A DNA stretch of 64,000 bases from Octopus sinensis. Taxonomy: Eukaryota. The position numbers and the translations under genes are program-made. How positions within the stretch are numbered: position 1 is the stretch's first letter; the number at the start of each line of letters is the position of its first letter. The notes beneath the pieces were generated by a model. It searched no databases and was not told the DNA's origin. It was given only the letters and a program-made list of their open reading frames with translations. The stretch is from the NCBI RefSeq assembly GCF_006345805.1, contig NC_043010.1, positions 19,592,001 through 19,656,000 on the forward strand. The letters are read 5' to 3'. Of this stretch, positions 34,988-48,969 are shown one piece after another.

Positions 34988-35579
34988 GTAAGAAGTTTGT
35001 CAGTTGTTTTCAGGAAAAATAGAAATATTTGCTTGGGAGGTTTTTAGGGATTTTTTATGAATCAGGTCCTATCCCTTGCCTTGTGTTCTGCTACGAACAA
35101 CATAGCCCCCATGACTTTTGGAAACATTCTTTCATGCTCAGAATTGCTAAAGCATGGAATAAACCACCTTCATCAGTTGTTGGCTGTCCAGACACTACAT
35201 CCTTCAAAATTTCCATGCTCCCTGAAATTCACCAACAGTACACCTGCCGTGGTTCCTTACCTTTGTTTTCTAACAACTCCTTTGCTATTATTCTGTCTAC
35301 TCTCCATACACGTTTGGCAAACTTTTTCTGGTGAGTTGTAGGGCACCTGGGTTAACTTTTTCTGGTGAGTTGTAGGGCACCTGGGCACCGTATACAATAA
35401 GTTATTGTTTTACTATATGAATGAAATGATAATGTACTTTATCCCTTAGTGGCTTGTGAAGGGATCATCTCTGTTTAATTTCATAACACACATATAGTCT
35501 CTTCATATTCCACAATTCTTCAGCCTTCACAGTCACACCTCACATTCCAGGCAGTCCTTCTTCTCGCCAAGGGTCTTTC

Positions 35580-35995
35580 CTCTTTTACCTGTTTCAGTCA
35601 TTAGACTGTGGCCATGCTGGGGCACACCACCTTGAAGAATTTTTAATCGAATGAATTGACTTCAGTTCTTTTATTTTTTAAGCCTGGTACTTATTCTGTC
35701 TATTTCTCTTTTTGCTGAACTAAGTTGCAAGGATTTATATACATCAACACCAGTTGCCAAGCAGTTATAAGGGACAAACACAGACAGACAGACAGATAGA
35801 TAGATAGACAGATAGAGGGATAGATAGACAGAGGAAGATAGATAGAATGGGCTTCTTTCAGTTTCCCTCTACTAAATCTGCTGACAAGGCTTCAGTCAGT
35901 TCCAGATTATAGTAGATTTTTGCCCAAGGTGCTGTTCAGTGGGACAGAACCCAGAATCATGTAGTTTGGAAGCAAACTTCTCACCCCACAGCCAC
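35580..35995 (-). mobile_element. SINE family A
   Basis: same head and tail motifs in reverse; partial copy also at 37765-37905. Confidence 0.7.
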
Positions 35996-36499
35996 AAGCT
36001 TCGCTGCTTTACGTCACATACACCATAACCGTCTCTCCAGTCTCCTTAGTCCCTCTGCACTCACTTCCATCACTGTTACCCCTTTACCTTAAAAATCTAG
36101 TTTCTTTCTTCTGATCTGGAGGCAACACATCGGCATCAGATGCACATCCAATTTTTTTTAAGAAAATTTATCCGCGTCTCCCTCCCTCCCGCCCCGTCTC
36201 TATCTTCCCCGCTTGCTTTGCCTGTCTCTCACCTTCTCCTTTTCACCACGCCACCCTTTCCTCATATTCTACTAATCCCTATTAAGCTACCCTATTTCCT
36301 CAAGCACTGTCACACACTGTCCTCTCTCACCGTCAGCTCCATCATCATCATCATCGTCATAACAAACTCTACCGCTTGCCAAATCTCGCTGTCAACCAAC
36401 GTCTCCCACTTTTCTTATACAGGCATTTTACTAGACATGCACCCGTTCGTGTGTGTGTGTGTCTGTGTGCGTACGTACACACGCACACACACAGCATTA

Positions 36500-36845
36500 C
36501 ACTAACACATTTTTATCCTAGTAGGAGCCGCTGAACTGACGCATGCACACACATACACACATACATTCCACTCCACATACGATACACACATTCCATTCCG
36601 CTCTATATTGAGAGACTGGCTCATTCTCTACTCTCCATCTGTCACTCTCTCTCTCTCTCTCTCTCCTTCCATCTCTCTCTCTCTCTCTCCCCCACAACAT
36701 CCCGGCTGCTAACAGTTACTCTCTCTCTCTCTCTCCATCGCACACACACACACATGGTAATGTGAGCAGTCACACAATTACACTATCGTTCAACGGAATA
36801 TTGAAGTCGCTGCAATCGAATGGTTTCGCTCCCTGCTTCCGTCTT
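36500..36845 (+). promoter_or_regulatory. candidate internal promoter / non-coding first exon
   Basis: CpG-enriched unique sequence with (CT)n tracts, ending at a gtaagt donor (36846); inference only. Confidence 0.25.
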
Positions 36846-37074
36846 GTAAGTCTTTTAAAACGTTTATTAGTACAACTGCCAAGACAGTGGAGAGGTGGTG
36901 GTAGTAGTGGTGATCACTTGACACGTGTGTTTAAGTGTTTGTGTGTGACCATGTGTGTATGCATATATACGTGTACAACTCTGTGTACACGTATATATAT
37001 GTACATATGTGTGCATATGTATGTGAGTGTGTTTTCGTTTCGCAATCCTTAGATCTCTGGTTCGTTCCCTCTCC

Positions 37075-37161
37075 ATGCTTTCTAAGACGTCTTTGACCGT
37101 AGTCTCGGGTCAGCACAAAGCCTTGTCACAAGGAGTACTCAACCACTTTCTAATTCAACGA
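37075..37161 (+). CDS. candidate alternative N-terminal exon (MLSKTSLTVVSGQHKALSQGVLNHFLIQR)
   Basis: acceptor ccttag at 37051-37052, ATG at 37075, CGA|gtaggt donor in phase 0; upstream consensus donor CTT|gtaagt at 36846. Confidence 0.33.
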
Positions 37162-37549
37162 GTAGGTAGTTCAGCTGATTAAACAACTGAGCGCCCGTGG
37201 ATCGTTCCCAACTGGAAAGTCCATTATTATCGTGGATGCGCGTTTTCTCTTTTTTTTTTTTTTGGAGTTTGAAAGCTTATTTTGACCAACCAATTACCCA
37301 GTGGCAAGGTTGGGGGGGGGGTCTTTAAAAAAAAATACTATGGATGTCCGTTCTTTTCGTCCTAGCACATCCATTTAAATTTTAAGAAGGCCCTGCAGAT
37401 TTTTATTTTCCTAGATATCAAGATTGTTTGTATTCGCATGAATTATGGAGCTGCGGTGTTTCGCCAAGGAACCAAGTTCAGTCACACCTCGATCCAGGTG
37501 GTTTGGTGCTCAGCCTGTTGCTCCACATATTTAAATAGATATTCATAGT

Positions 37550-37621
<72 letters not shown>

Positions 37622-38069
37622 CGAAGTGTACAGTATTATTTATCCATTGCAGCCAATCTTACTAATCGGTTTCATGGCAGGGATTCGACGCAGTGTTAGG
37701 TAACAGTCCAATTATATAACCCTGTGTTCATCAAAGGTAGCTATTATGGAATGGAATATAACGATGGGCTTCTTTCAGTTTCTTCCAAATTCACTCACAA
37801 GCCTTTGGTTGACCTGATGCTATAGAAGACACTTGCCCAAGGTGCCACTCAGTGGGACTGAACCCAGAACCATGTGGTTGGGAAGCAACCTTCTTACCAT
37901 ACATCCACGTTTATATATACATATTTCTCAACCATATGCAGCCCAAATATTCTACTTGTTTTATGTTTAATTCGACCAGATCCAGCCTCTCACACCCACC
38001 CTACAATGTCATTCTATAAATAAGCTTCACATTTGACAGAGAAATCTGAATGTCAAAAAATTAATACAT

Positions 38070-38106
<37 letters not shown>

Positions 38107-38974
38107 TGCTTTTATACATATAATCCACCCATGGCTATTCTCGCTTTTGCCAAGACACAGTGTTCTTATGATCGTTCTATTGCCATTCTTTTCTAAGACA
38201 CTAAGGTTTGATTTTGAGGGGAATTTGGCTGCTATTTCTAGCAAGATGTGCAATGGCATGCTGACTGGTTGTTTTCCTTGTTGTTGTTAGTGTTATTAGC
38301 TCCAGCAGTACACAGACTAAAATTGTTTTGTTACTAATGACCCAGTTTCAATCCTTGCTCAGGACATTCTCTCTTCCAAACTCGATTAATAATTATAATT
38401 AGCCTTCAAAACACTAATTATCCCCAACATGTAAGCTGTTGTTGCCGCTTGTGTGCTACAACACATGGCACCACCATCAAATCAATGTACTACAACCCCA
38501 ACAACTACCACTGCTGTCACCGCATGTGTGCTACAACCTCCACAGCTGCTATTGCCACAGTTAACACTGCTACTGTACCACACCTCAACCACTTCCCACC
38601 ACCGCCGCCGCCGCCAATGTAAGCCGCACATTTTTAAGTGGAAGCAAGCTGCACAGAAATGCAAACATGCTGTTTAGACAATTGCACTGCATCTTGCCAT
38701 TACCCAATGCACTTCTGCTGCAGCTGCTATGAATGCACCTTTGTTGGTGTTGCTGGTGTATAAATGTTGCAGCTTAATGCACACACACACACATTTTCTT
38801 GTCTTAGTGCGTGTTGCAAAGTTGTTGCAGATCCACTGATGGTTACAATACTTACACGCACACACACACACACACACCAGATTTTACAGACTTAATGAAA
38901 GCATTCTTTGTTTATTCAGATCAACCACAACATGCTGTATGTATAAGCATGGATTCTCTTTTATCTCTTTTACT

Positions 38975-39360
38975 CTTTTACTTGTTTCAGTCATTTGACT
39001 GTGGCCATGCTGGAGCACCGCCTTTTAGTCGAGCAAATCGACCCCAGGACTTATTCTTTGTAAGCCTAGTACTTATTCTATCGGTCTCTTTTGCCAAACC
39101 GCTAAGTTACAGGGATGTAAACACACCAGCATCAGTTGTCAAGCGATGTTGGGAGGGACAAACACAGACACACAAACACATATATATATATACATAAATA
39201 CGACGGGCTTCTTTCAGTTTCCATCTACCAAATCCACTCACGAGGCTTTGGTCGGGCCGAGGCTATAGTAGAACACACTTGCCCAAGATGCCACGCAGTG
39301 GGACTGAACCTGGAACCATGTGGTTCATAAGCAAGCTAGTTACCACACAGTCACTCATGC
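38975..39360 (-). mobile_element. SINE family A, full length
   Basis: close match to 401-820. Confidence 0.8.
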
Positions 39361-40119
39361 GCCTATGTGTATGTGCTTACAGGTGTATGTGCATGTGGGT
39401 GTACAAATTGTGTGTGTATCGATGTGTGTATATATGCCCAGCTGTGTGTGTGTGTGTACTGATACGTTCCAATATGTATTTATGCACCAAAATATCTATA
39501 TTATACATATAAAATAATATGTATGAATTATTTAAGATGTATGAAGAAAAATCTTTTTTGAATGAGTCTGTGCATCGGCTATGGCTTGGAATTGAACTGT
39601 GTCTACCTAGGTTAATGTCTAAACATGTTACCACTTACAACAGTTCTGCTTTTCTATCTCAAAGTGTTCTGTTTCACAAACATAGTGTTTAACCTTAAAA
39701 CCTCCATACAAACACAACTGCACACACAACACATGCATGTGCATATATGCAACCATACAAATGGTGATGAAACTGTCACACACAACAGAAGTTGTTGGTC
39801 TTCTCTTTATTGTGTCAGATGATGAGGTGAGACACCTATCCAACCCCTGCCATTGCAAAAAGACAAAACAAATGTGTTATGAAGTTCATGATGATGTCAT
39901 CATTTAACTTCTTTACTTGCATGGATCAGGCAGAATTTGTTGAGCTGATTTTCCATGTCTGGATACCCTTCCTGTCACCAACACTAATATTTCACCTAAA
40001 CAAACAACCTCACTTGTATGACAATGAGGCTGGTTTACTGCCATCGATGATGATGATGATGATGATGATGTGATGTCAAAACATGGGTACACACATACAT
40101 CCAAATACATACATATTCA

Positions 40120-40154
<35 letters not shown>

Positions 40155-40157
<3 letters not shown>

Positions 40158-40476
40158 AAGTGTGTGGCTTAGTGGTTAGGACATTCAGCTCATGATCGTA
40201 ATGTCGTGAGTTCAATTCCCAGCGACGCGTTGTGTCCTTGAGCAAGACACTTTATTTCACATTGCTGCAGTCCACTCAGGTGGCAAAAATGAGTTGTACC
40301 AGTATTTCAAAGGGCCAGCCTTGTCACACTTTGTGTCACACTGAATCTCCCTGAGAACTACGTTAAAGGTACACATGTCTGTGGAGCGCTCAGCCACTTG
40401 CACATAAATTTCACGAGCAAGCTGTTCCATTGATCGTATCAGCTGGGACCCTTGTGGTCATAACCGATGGAGTGCT

Positions 40477-40478
<2 letters not shown>
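40155..40478 (+). mobile_element. SINE family C with CORE-like domain
   Basis: TGGCTTAGTGG A box, GAGTTCAATTCC B box, TGTGTCCTTGAGCAAGACACTTTA CORE-like; related degenerate copies near 18620 and 23050. Confidence 0.7.
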
Positions 40479-40514
<36 letters not shown>

Positions 40515-40521
<7 letters not shown>

Positions 40522-40660
40522 TCTCATCATTATTTAACATTTGTTTTCCCTGCTGGCATGGGTTGGATGGTTTGGCAGGAACTGGCATGACCAGGAGCCC
40601 TGTCAGGTTCTGTTGTCTGTTTTGTCGTGGCTTGCTACAGCTGGATTCCCTTCCAAACGC
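40515..40660 (-). mobile_element. RTE 3'-tail copy, reverse
   Basis: reverse complement of the tail motifs. Confidence 0.65.
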
Positions 40661-41499
40661 CATAGGAATGTGTATGCTTATATACATACACACACGCACA
40701 TATGCATACACAAAGGCTTCTTCCAGTTTCCATCCTCCAAATCCACTAACAAGGCTTTGTTTGACCCAGGGCTATTGTAAAAGACACTTATCTGAGGTAC
40801 CACACAGCAGAATTGAGCAAGAGACCATAAGAAAATTATCTTTTTGTTGTTGCTGTTACTACAAGTAGTAGTAGTAGTAGTAGCAGCATCAGCCATTCAA
40901 GAATTTGGACCTGGAGATCTCCATTTCCAGCGACTTCGAGGGCCATCTCCCAGTGGTGTCAGGCGAAAACGGAGAGCCCTCAACTACAACAAGACAACCA
41001 AAGTGTTTTTTTTCCCCCAAGGTCTGGGGTCTCCCGCCCCTAAGCCCTAGACCATCACCTAATCACCCTTCCTTGTCTTGTTGCTTAACAACAACAACAA
41101 CAGCATCAGCAGCAACAAGGGTTGGCAAATTCATTAGTGAGGTGGACAAACTGGTTTGTGACATTTACTTATATTAGTTCAAATCCCACTCAGATTGATT
41201 TCTTACTTTATATTTTTGTTTTTCTCTTTTTGCTTTTCCTTTTTTTACTTGTGGTGAGATCTATAGAATAAAATAATTACCTTTTAATATATTGTGGTGG
41301 AGAATGATTGATTCCATCACGTATACCACCCCTTTCCACCCATTTCTTAATCTATGGTCTGGTGTCCTTGTAACAAATCATTGTGTTATATATATATATA
41401 TATGTTATACATTGACCAAAGTGTATCCTGTCTGAACAATCAACATTGATTCCAAACTCTAAAAATACACAAGTGTCCAATGTAATCTTTTCTTGTCTA

Positions 41500-41712
41500 C
41501 TCTTGGCTCAAGGCCTGAAATTGTTGGGGGAGTGGGGGTCGGTCAATTAGATCGACCTCAGTTCACAACTGGTACTTAATTTATCGATCCCGAAAGAATG
41601 AAAGGCAAAGTCGACCTTGGTGGAATTTGAACTCAGAATGTAAAGACAAAAACGAAATACTGCTAAGCATTTTGCCTGGCGTGCTAATGTTTCTGCCAGC
41701 TCGCTGCCATTA
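41500..41712 (-). mobile_element. SINE family B
   Basis: same reverse motifs. Confidence 0.75.
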
Positions 41713-41892
41713 AAATGTTTATTTCAAAGCTCTAAGCCTGAGAGATGTGACAGCCTGGCTTTAGTTTATCCATTACTGTTGTCCATTCAGTTGTTGCTGT
41801 TACCTGTCTGAAGTGATGTTTGACCTCACACTCAGCATTCCTGCTTAACTCAATTCTTGTACTTTTGTTGATATTTGCTGCCTTTCCTTTAA

Positions 41893-42526
41893 CCCTTCAG
41901 CATTTAAACTGGTTGCACCCAACCAAAGTATCCTACCTGCTTTGTGTTCAAACTGGCCAAATCTTGCCTCTCACACATACCTACAATGTCATTCTAAAAA
42001 TAAACTACCACAACATTAAACTCTTGAAGCTATGAGTTATTGCATGATTAATTGAAAACCAATGGGAATAAACAAGCATTACATTTCATAGAATTATCTG
42101 AATGGTAAATCATCATCATCATCGTTTAACGTCCGCTTTCCATGCAAACATGGGTTGGACGAATGACTGAGGGCTGGCGAACCAGATGGCTGCACCAGGC
42201 TTCAATCTTGATCTGGCTGAGTTTCTACAGCTGGATGCCCTTCCTAATGCCAACCACTCCTAGAGTGTAGTGGGTGCTTTTACGTGCCAGTCAGGTGGCA
42301 CTGGCAATGACCTCGCTCAACTCTTTTACACATGCCACTGGCACAGGTGCCAGTAAGGCATGGTGGTAACGATCACGCTTGAATGGTGTCTTTTACGTGC
42401 CACCAGCACGGAGGCCAGATAGCCGCTGTGGTAACGACCCTACTAGCACGGGCTAGCATGATTAATTGAAAATCAATGGGAATAAATAAGCATTATATTT
42501 AATAGAATTATCTGAATGGTAAAGGG
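41893..42526. mobile_element. piggyBac-like MITE (TTAA-flanked) interrupted by an RTE tail
   Basis: TTAA|CCCTTCAGCATT ... AATGGTAAAGGG|TTAA. Confidence 0.75.
42110..42455 (-). mobile_element. RTE 3'-tail copy with 68-bp target-site duplication
   Basis: (CAT)n...TTTAACGTCCGCTTTCCATGC; flanking direct repeats 42042-42109 and 42456-42523. Confidence 0.85.
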
Positions 42527-42957
42527 TTAATTAATCCAGAAAATCACGAAGAAATTAGTAAAATGACTTTTTCTGTCATTACATGAAATTTTGATGGAAG
42601 GTTTTAATTTAGGACATTTAAAAACAAAAAGTTTGTATCCTAGAACTGGGAGCAGTCCCAAAAAGGTTAACACCAAAAGGATTTCTAATGGTTGAACTGG
42701 AGGGACACAAGACACAAGTATTGGTCTACTGGAACCAGAATGGCACAATTGTTTAGTCTTAGAAGGACATTGTAGGAGAGGTGTGAGAGGCCAGATCTGG
42801 TTGGTTTGAACATAAAACAGGCAGAATATTTTGGCCAAATAAGGCTGGTTTAGATGCAAAAGGAATCGTTTGATAATAATTATTCATAGTTAATTTCTAT
42901 GTTTATTTTTGTTAATTATTGTTTCATGGTTAATTATTTTCTGTATTCCGTTTTCAG

Positions 42958-43245
42958 CATCAACTGAATTGTGATGAAGAAAGTAAAAAATCAGTTGGAG
43001 TGAAGAGGTCATTATTTAGAGAGGAAAGAAGAGGAGGAGATGGTGAACCAGCCAGTATTATTTCCAGTGAGAGCGGGGAAGATGAACAATTGTTAAGGGA
43101 AGAAGTGAACAGCTTACGAAAGCAGATCATTGAACTCACTGAACGACCTGTCATGGATTTCCCACCAAAACCCTCAGAGATTAAGACAGAGGCAGGACAT
43201 CCAACAGAAACTAAGGATGGTAAAAAACTTCAAGAATCCAAAAAG
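42958..43245 (+). CDS. exon 8, acidic/coiled-coil (HQLNCDEESKK...QESKK)
   Basis: ttttcag acceptor, AAG|gttggt donor, 288 bp, in frame with ORF 43000..43314. Confidence 0.85.
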
Positions 43246-44026
43246 GTTGGTTTTGCATTTTGTTTTTTCAAGAATTCCCTATTCATGGAAGGGAACAGTT
43301 CTTTTAAATTTTGATATTTGCATGTTTTTGTAGTAATTATTCGCAGTAAATGGATATCTGTCTCTTTTCCTGTTGCCTCTTGTCCTTAAGGGGTCTTTAA
43401 ATTAAGTATGAGTTAAATATTTAGTTGAATGAATCCTTAAGTACTTGGCATTGAAATTTGAGGCCTTATAGCCAGGGCCATTTTAGATACTGGAGTCAAT
43501 TCATTTGACTAAAAATTGTTCAAAGCAGTGCTCCAGTATGACCGCAGTCCAATGACTGAAACAAGCAAAAAATAAAAAGTAAAGCTACTAGGGTGACCTG
43601 GGTATGCATACCTGGGTCGATTAAATTTCACTCAAAGTACTAGGTTAACTTATTTACTTAGCTATACCTCCCACCCACCCCTTCTATAAATGTGGCCTTG
43701 TAAGAAATCATCAGTGAAAGGATTCTAATTAATATTAATCAAGGGTGGTGGGAATGGTAGACTCATTAAAACTTTGGTCAAAATGCCTAATGGAATTTCT
43801 TCCAGTTCTTTACATTAACAACCAGTTGATAAAAATGAGTCATTTGCTTAAAGTTATAACTTTCCACCCCAAGAAAATAAGATCTTTATAGAATTTTCTT
43901 GGTTTTTCTCTTAAATAACATTCACTCTCTCTACTTTCCTTAAAGAATTCGATTTTTCCCCTTGTTGTATTTATATTTTTTTACCATCTTTTTACCATCT
44001 TTCTCTGTTTTTCACTCTATCTCCAG

Positions 44027-44152
44027 CGGATTGAAGAATTGGAGAAAATTGCTATTGAACTCCAAGGTAAAATAATCGGTTTGCAGCAGGACAAAGTTCA
44101 ATTAGAAGAACAACTTTCACAGAAGTCTTATTCCAACTTAAAACTGGACAAG
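44027..44152 (+). CDS. exon 9, coiled coil (RIEELEKIAIELQGKIIGLQQDKVQLEEQLSQKSYSNLKLDK)
   Basis: ctatctccag acceptor, AAG|gtgaga donor, 126 bp. Confidence 0.88.
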
Positions 44153-45632
44153 GTGAGAACTTAACCAAATATTCAATCAAGATCCTTCGCATCTCTTTCT
44201 TATAATTGTTTTTTCTTATATTTGTTAGCATTAAGGGAAAGCAAGAACATTTATTTCGTTAAAACCTAATTACAGATTAAAATGAAAACAGGGGTGGGGG
44301 TGATTAACAGATATTATTTGCAAAGATTGTGTGATGGGATTATCCTAAGGCCTAGTCTTCAGTGAATGTCACAGTTTCAAAAAAATTTCAATGTACACAT
44401 ACATATAAATGACATGTATACACTGTAGTGAATTCAATCTTTTGACAACAAAAAAAAACTCAGAATTATAAATTGCCAAACTAATTCTACATTATGTTCA
44501 GATCAGTTCAATCATCAATCAATTTTACAATCTTAGACTTTTATAGAAAACTTGAAAATATTTTATCAATTGTTAACTTTTTTCTTTTTTGTATTTTTGG
44601 TTCTTTTTTTGTTCATTTAAGTGTAAAAATTATGATTATTGTAATTTATAAATTATTTTCCCTCTGATCTAGTGTATATATTAGTATTTCCTGATGACTA
44701 TAGGACTATTGGTGTGTGGTAGGGAGACAAAGGAAGAAGATAATTAAGTTTAGGGTTGATATATGCTATGGATTCTTAACTGGAATTTACCATTCTGTTG
44801 GAAAAAGAAAACAAAAGACTTAATTATTAGTGAGTCTTAAAGAAAAGAAGATAATTTTAAGGAATTCAGAATGAACCCCTCAATTAATTTATATGCTTGG
44901 AGGAAGATTTTATCTTTGTTTGCAGGCAAGGGAAACAAGTATGAACATCTTTCTATCTTATTAGATCTCATCAGCATAAGTACAATCTACTCAAGTCAGT
45001 TTTGATTAGTTGACAAATTTTTTAATATAGAAAATGTTACAGTTGATTTTCTGCCAGTAATAATTAAAAACGTAAAATGAGCTAAGGGGAAATAATTCAA
45101 GTGGCTCATTGACATAAATTTAGATAAGTTAGAAGAAGTTGTACTGAATGATATAAAAAAAGAAATATCCTGTGGTGACTGATAGCAAGTCCCAAAGAAA
45201 AAGGGAAATAATTACAAGAAATTTAAACTTAATGACTTTAATTATGCGTAGGATAGATTAGGGGTAAATTAATGTGGAGAAAATGGGTAAGTTTGAGGCT
45301 GTTGAGGATTAGAGAAAGCAAACTTGGTGATGTTTAACCCAGATCAGCTTTGATCAAAGGACGTTCAATAAGTCATAGTGTTCCTTGGACTATACTGCTT
45401 GTTGGCTCTTTTTTAAAATAGAAATTTAGCTTGACATTGGTATGGTAAAGAAATGAGTAGAGAGGGATATGAGGTGAGGGTGGCTTAAAACTTGGGGTGA
45501 GAATAAGTTTCAAGGGAAACTGCTGGAGAGCGGGAAGGGATGGAAGTAATTAAGAATCGATAAAGTAATGAAGAGTGAGATAGAAAGTGATAAATGAATT
45601 AAGAATAATGTTTAATTATAATTTTGTTGCAG

Positions 45633-46646
45633 GAACCTAAAGATGCAGAGGAAGTAAACATCGAAGATCAAGTCAGTGTTGTCAGCTGTCAGGACATGGT
45701 GTCTAATGATATTGCTGAAACCAGTGAGACATTAGGCACAAAACGTCTTTCAGTTGGTGAGACTGAAGAAGTGGATGATGACAAAGTAACATCGAGTTTG
45801 TCACAGGTTAAACATAATAAGGATGATGATGTAAAAGGTTCCGGTGACTTTGTACAAGATTCCTGCTCCAAGTTGGAAGATCCCTCTGAAACAGCAGTGG
45901 CAGAAGATGAAGCTGCTGGGGTTGATGAAGAAAAGAAACAGAACCTGGTGGAAGAAAGTTGGAGAGAGATTGAGTCAGCCATCATTGATGAGACAATCGC
46001 AGAACTTGCTGCTGGAAACAATAACAACAATAACAGCAACAGCAATGATGGCAGAGGTGGTGATGGGGATGATCTAACCTCTTCTTTAGATATTGACAAC
46101 TCATTGCTTGCTGACATGGAAAATGTCAATGATAATGATGATGTTGATGTAGAGGAAGATGAGAACCTGCAGTTACTGGAACAACAGAGCGAGTGTCTGG
46201 AGAGTATAAAACAGATCCTCAGCGAGCAGGGTATTTTGAGTCATGTCGAGATGATGCTGCAGGAGATGGAAGAGATCAAGGAAGAGAATGCTGCCCTCAA
46301 AGAAAGGCTGACTTCAGGTGATGTTACACTAGCCAGTGGCGAAGTGGTCAATGTGGACGTAGCCATAGAGAAATTACATCAGCTGGAAGAGGTCTGCGAG
46401 AACCTCCGTGATAAAGTGCACACGACAGAGCAATCTGAGATGCTACTGAAAACCAAGCTGAAGCATGCCGAAGATACTGTCGGCGAGTTAGAGTCCAGCG
46501 AGAACCTACTGAAGGAGCAGTTGGCTAAGATCAGTCTAAGAGAGGCCGAGTGGAAGACGAAGGCTCAGGGTTTGTTGCGAAACGTCAACGAGTTGGAACA
46601 ACTGCTGAAAGAGAAGGATGTCATCGAAGAAAAGTTACACGATAAG
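45633..46646 (+). CDS. exon 10, 1014-bp acidic then coiled-coil exon
   Basis: ttgttgcag acceptor, AAG|gtatat donor, 338 codons within ORF 45624..46775. Confidence 0.9.
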
Positions 46647-47204
46647 GTATATCACCTTACGTACAGATGCATGCATGTATGCACATCTCTTCTGCATCAA
46701 TATGCTATTGCATGCGCATGTTCCAACCCCTGCTGCATATTGTACAGTGCTCGATATTTGTCAATACTGTTTTAATTTTTGCTTTATCCAAAGAATGAAT
46801 CGCGTTTTCTGTCTGTGTTTCCTCTAATGATATATGCATATTCAAACCTACATAATTATGTGTGTATACAGTTAGTTGTGTTGCCATTAACACACATACA
46901 CACATATACACAATTGTTTGCATGTGTTTGTATTTATGCTTATTTGTTTTTATGTAAATATATTTGTGCATTTGTGTCTGCGTATGTATTACATTTAGGT
47001 GTGAATTTTATGACGAGTGTGGTTATGTATATATACATATGTTTGCATGTGTAGATATATATACAATGGGTGGTAGGGGGTGTATGTTTATCTTGGCTTG
47101 GCTTTGTGAATGAAGATTTGTGGAATAGGGGTTGTCCACATCTGTTGCAGGCTTGCTGATGCCTGACAAGTCTAATTCAAGAAAAACAGGCTTAACTTTG
47201 TGTT

Positions 47205-47258
<54 letters not shown>

Positions 47259-47578
47259 GTGTGTATTTGTATATGCACATATAAGTATATATCTGTATGC
47301 AAGTATGTACACGTCTGTATGTATATGTATGCATGTATTGGCAGGCGTACACCTGTTTGTATAAATAAAACAGTGCTGACCAACCATATGCACCCTCAAA
47401 ACCCTAATGGATTGTGACCCCATGTTTGGCTCCTCTTAAACTCTGGTTTCTCTCTATAAATATTTTGCATGATGTCTTTTGGCTATGTCTTCATTTTCTC
47501 TTCCCTGTGTAATCCTGTATACATATGCATTTATATACATGCATATACTCACACACTGTGTATATATGTATATATAAT

Positions 47579-47792
47579 AGGGTGCTAAAAAGTTCCTGGG
47601 TTTAAAGGTATTGCAAAAGGCCTGGTTGGAGGCCCAAACTTCCAAGTTCTTTTACAAGGCTTAGAAAAACTGAAAGACCACAGCAGTAAGTGTGTGAATT
47701 TGAGAGGGGGAATATGTTGAATAAAAGCATAATTAACTGATCCTCCTGTGCTTTCTTTTACCCAAAACCAGGAACTTTTCAGCACCACCTTA
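47579..47792 (+). mobile_element. mariner-derived MITE
   Basis: TIRs GGTGCT.AAAAGTTCCTGG / CCAGGAACTTTTCAGCACC in TA context; internal LEKLKDHSSKCVNLRGEYVE resembles a mariner transposase C-terminus. Confidence 0.7.
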
Positions 47793-48150
47793 TACCTATA
47801 TATATAACGTATGTATATTTGTGTGTATATAAGTGTGTAATCTACCTCTGTCACCACCCTGGCTAGTTGTTGCTGTGGTAAGTTTTCACTCACCCAATTC
47901 AAAGTATCACTGGTTTCTTTATAAATTTGCAGTGTTAGGTTTATTTGATGTTGTGGAATGCATGATTGTCACTACATCACAATTGGCGAGTGCTGTGTTC
48001 CTTCTTCTCCCACTGGTGCACTTGTTGCTCTATGCTACATCTTCACGTTATGTTTTGTCTTTATATTCAGAAGATCTTCCATTGTAGCATTTACATTATT
48101 ATTATTATTATTATTATTATTTTTATCATTATCATCATCATCGTCATTAT

Positions 48151-48740
48151 TAAGGCAGCAAGCTTGCAGAATCGTTTGCACGCCGGGCAAAATGCTTAGC
48201 AGTATCTCATCTGTCTTCATGTTCTGAGTTCAAATTCTGCCGAGGTTGATTTTGCCTTTCATCCTTTAAGGGCTAATAAATTAAGTACCAGTTGCATACT
48301 GGGGTCGATCTAATCAACTGGCCCTCTCCCCCAAAATTGCAGGCCTTGAGGCTAGAATAGAAAGGATTATTATTGTTATTATTATTATTAAGGTGGCAAG
48401 ATGGTAGAATTATTAGCATGCTGGAGGAAATGCTCAGTCAAGCAGTGGGTTGATGTAATCAACTGGCCTCCTCCCCACAAAATTTCAAGACTTCTGCCTC
48501 TAGTAGTAAGGATCTTTTAATAAATTAAGGCAACTAACTGACAGAATTATCAGCATGCCAGACAAAATGCTTTGAAGCATTTTGTCCATCTTTGTTCTGA
48601 GTTCAAACTCTGCTGAGGACAACTTTACCTTTCATCCTTTCAGGGTCAAAATGAGTACCAGCTGAATACTGGGTCAATGTAATCGACTTATTCCCCTCCA
48701 CAGAACTTGCTGGCCTTGTGACACAATTTGAAACCATTGT
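48151..48740 (+). mobile_element. three tandem SINE family B copies separated by (ATT)n
   Basis: heads near 48151, 48390 and 48520. Confidence 0.75.
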
Positions 48741-48774
48741 CATTAGTAGTATTATCATTATTATTATTATTATA

Positions 48775-48965
48775 GACATTGCACAGTGTACAATATCATA
48801 ATATTGTTGATTAAAGATATTGTGTCTCCTGGGGGTTTGTACTGTTTGTCAAGTCACAACAAGGACCTTAGACAGGCAGTACTTTACGCAATATGCATGC
48901 AGTTCCAAGTAATACCGACTTTTGCAATACACCTAGATTGTAAGGTATTTCTAAAGTTTCCAGAT
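48775..48965 (-). mobile_element. R4/RLE-type non-LTR retrotransposon 3' end (1)
   Basis: minus strand LQKSVLLGTACILRKVLPV*, short UTR, (AAT)n tail. Confidence 0.7.
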
Positions 48966-48969
48966 GTTT

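Noticed and set aside
38466-38618. Thr/Pro-rich ORFs ending near a gtaagc donor
   Set aside because: The donor falls in phase 1 or 2 for the ATG-initiated frames, incompatible with exon 8; low-complexity sequence.
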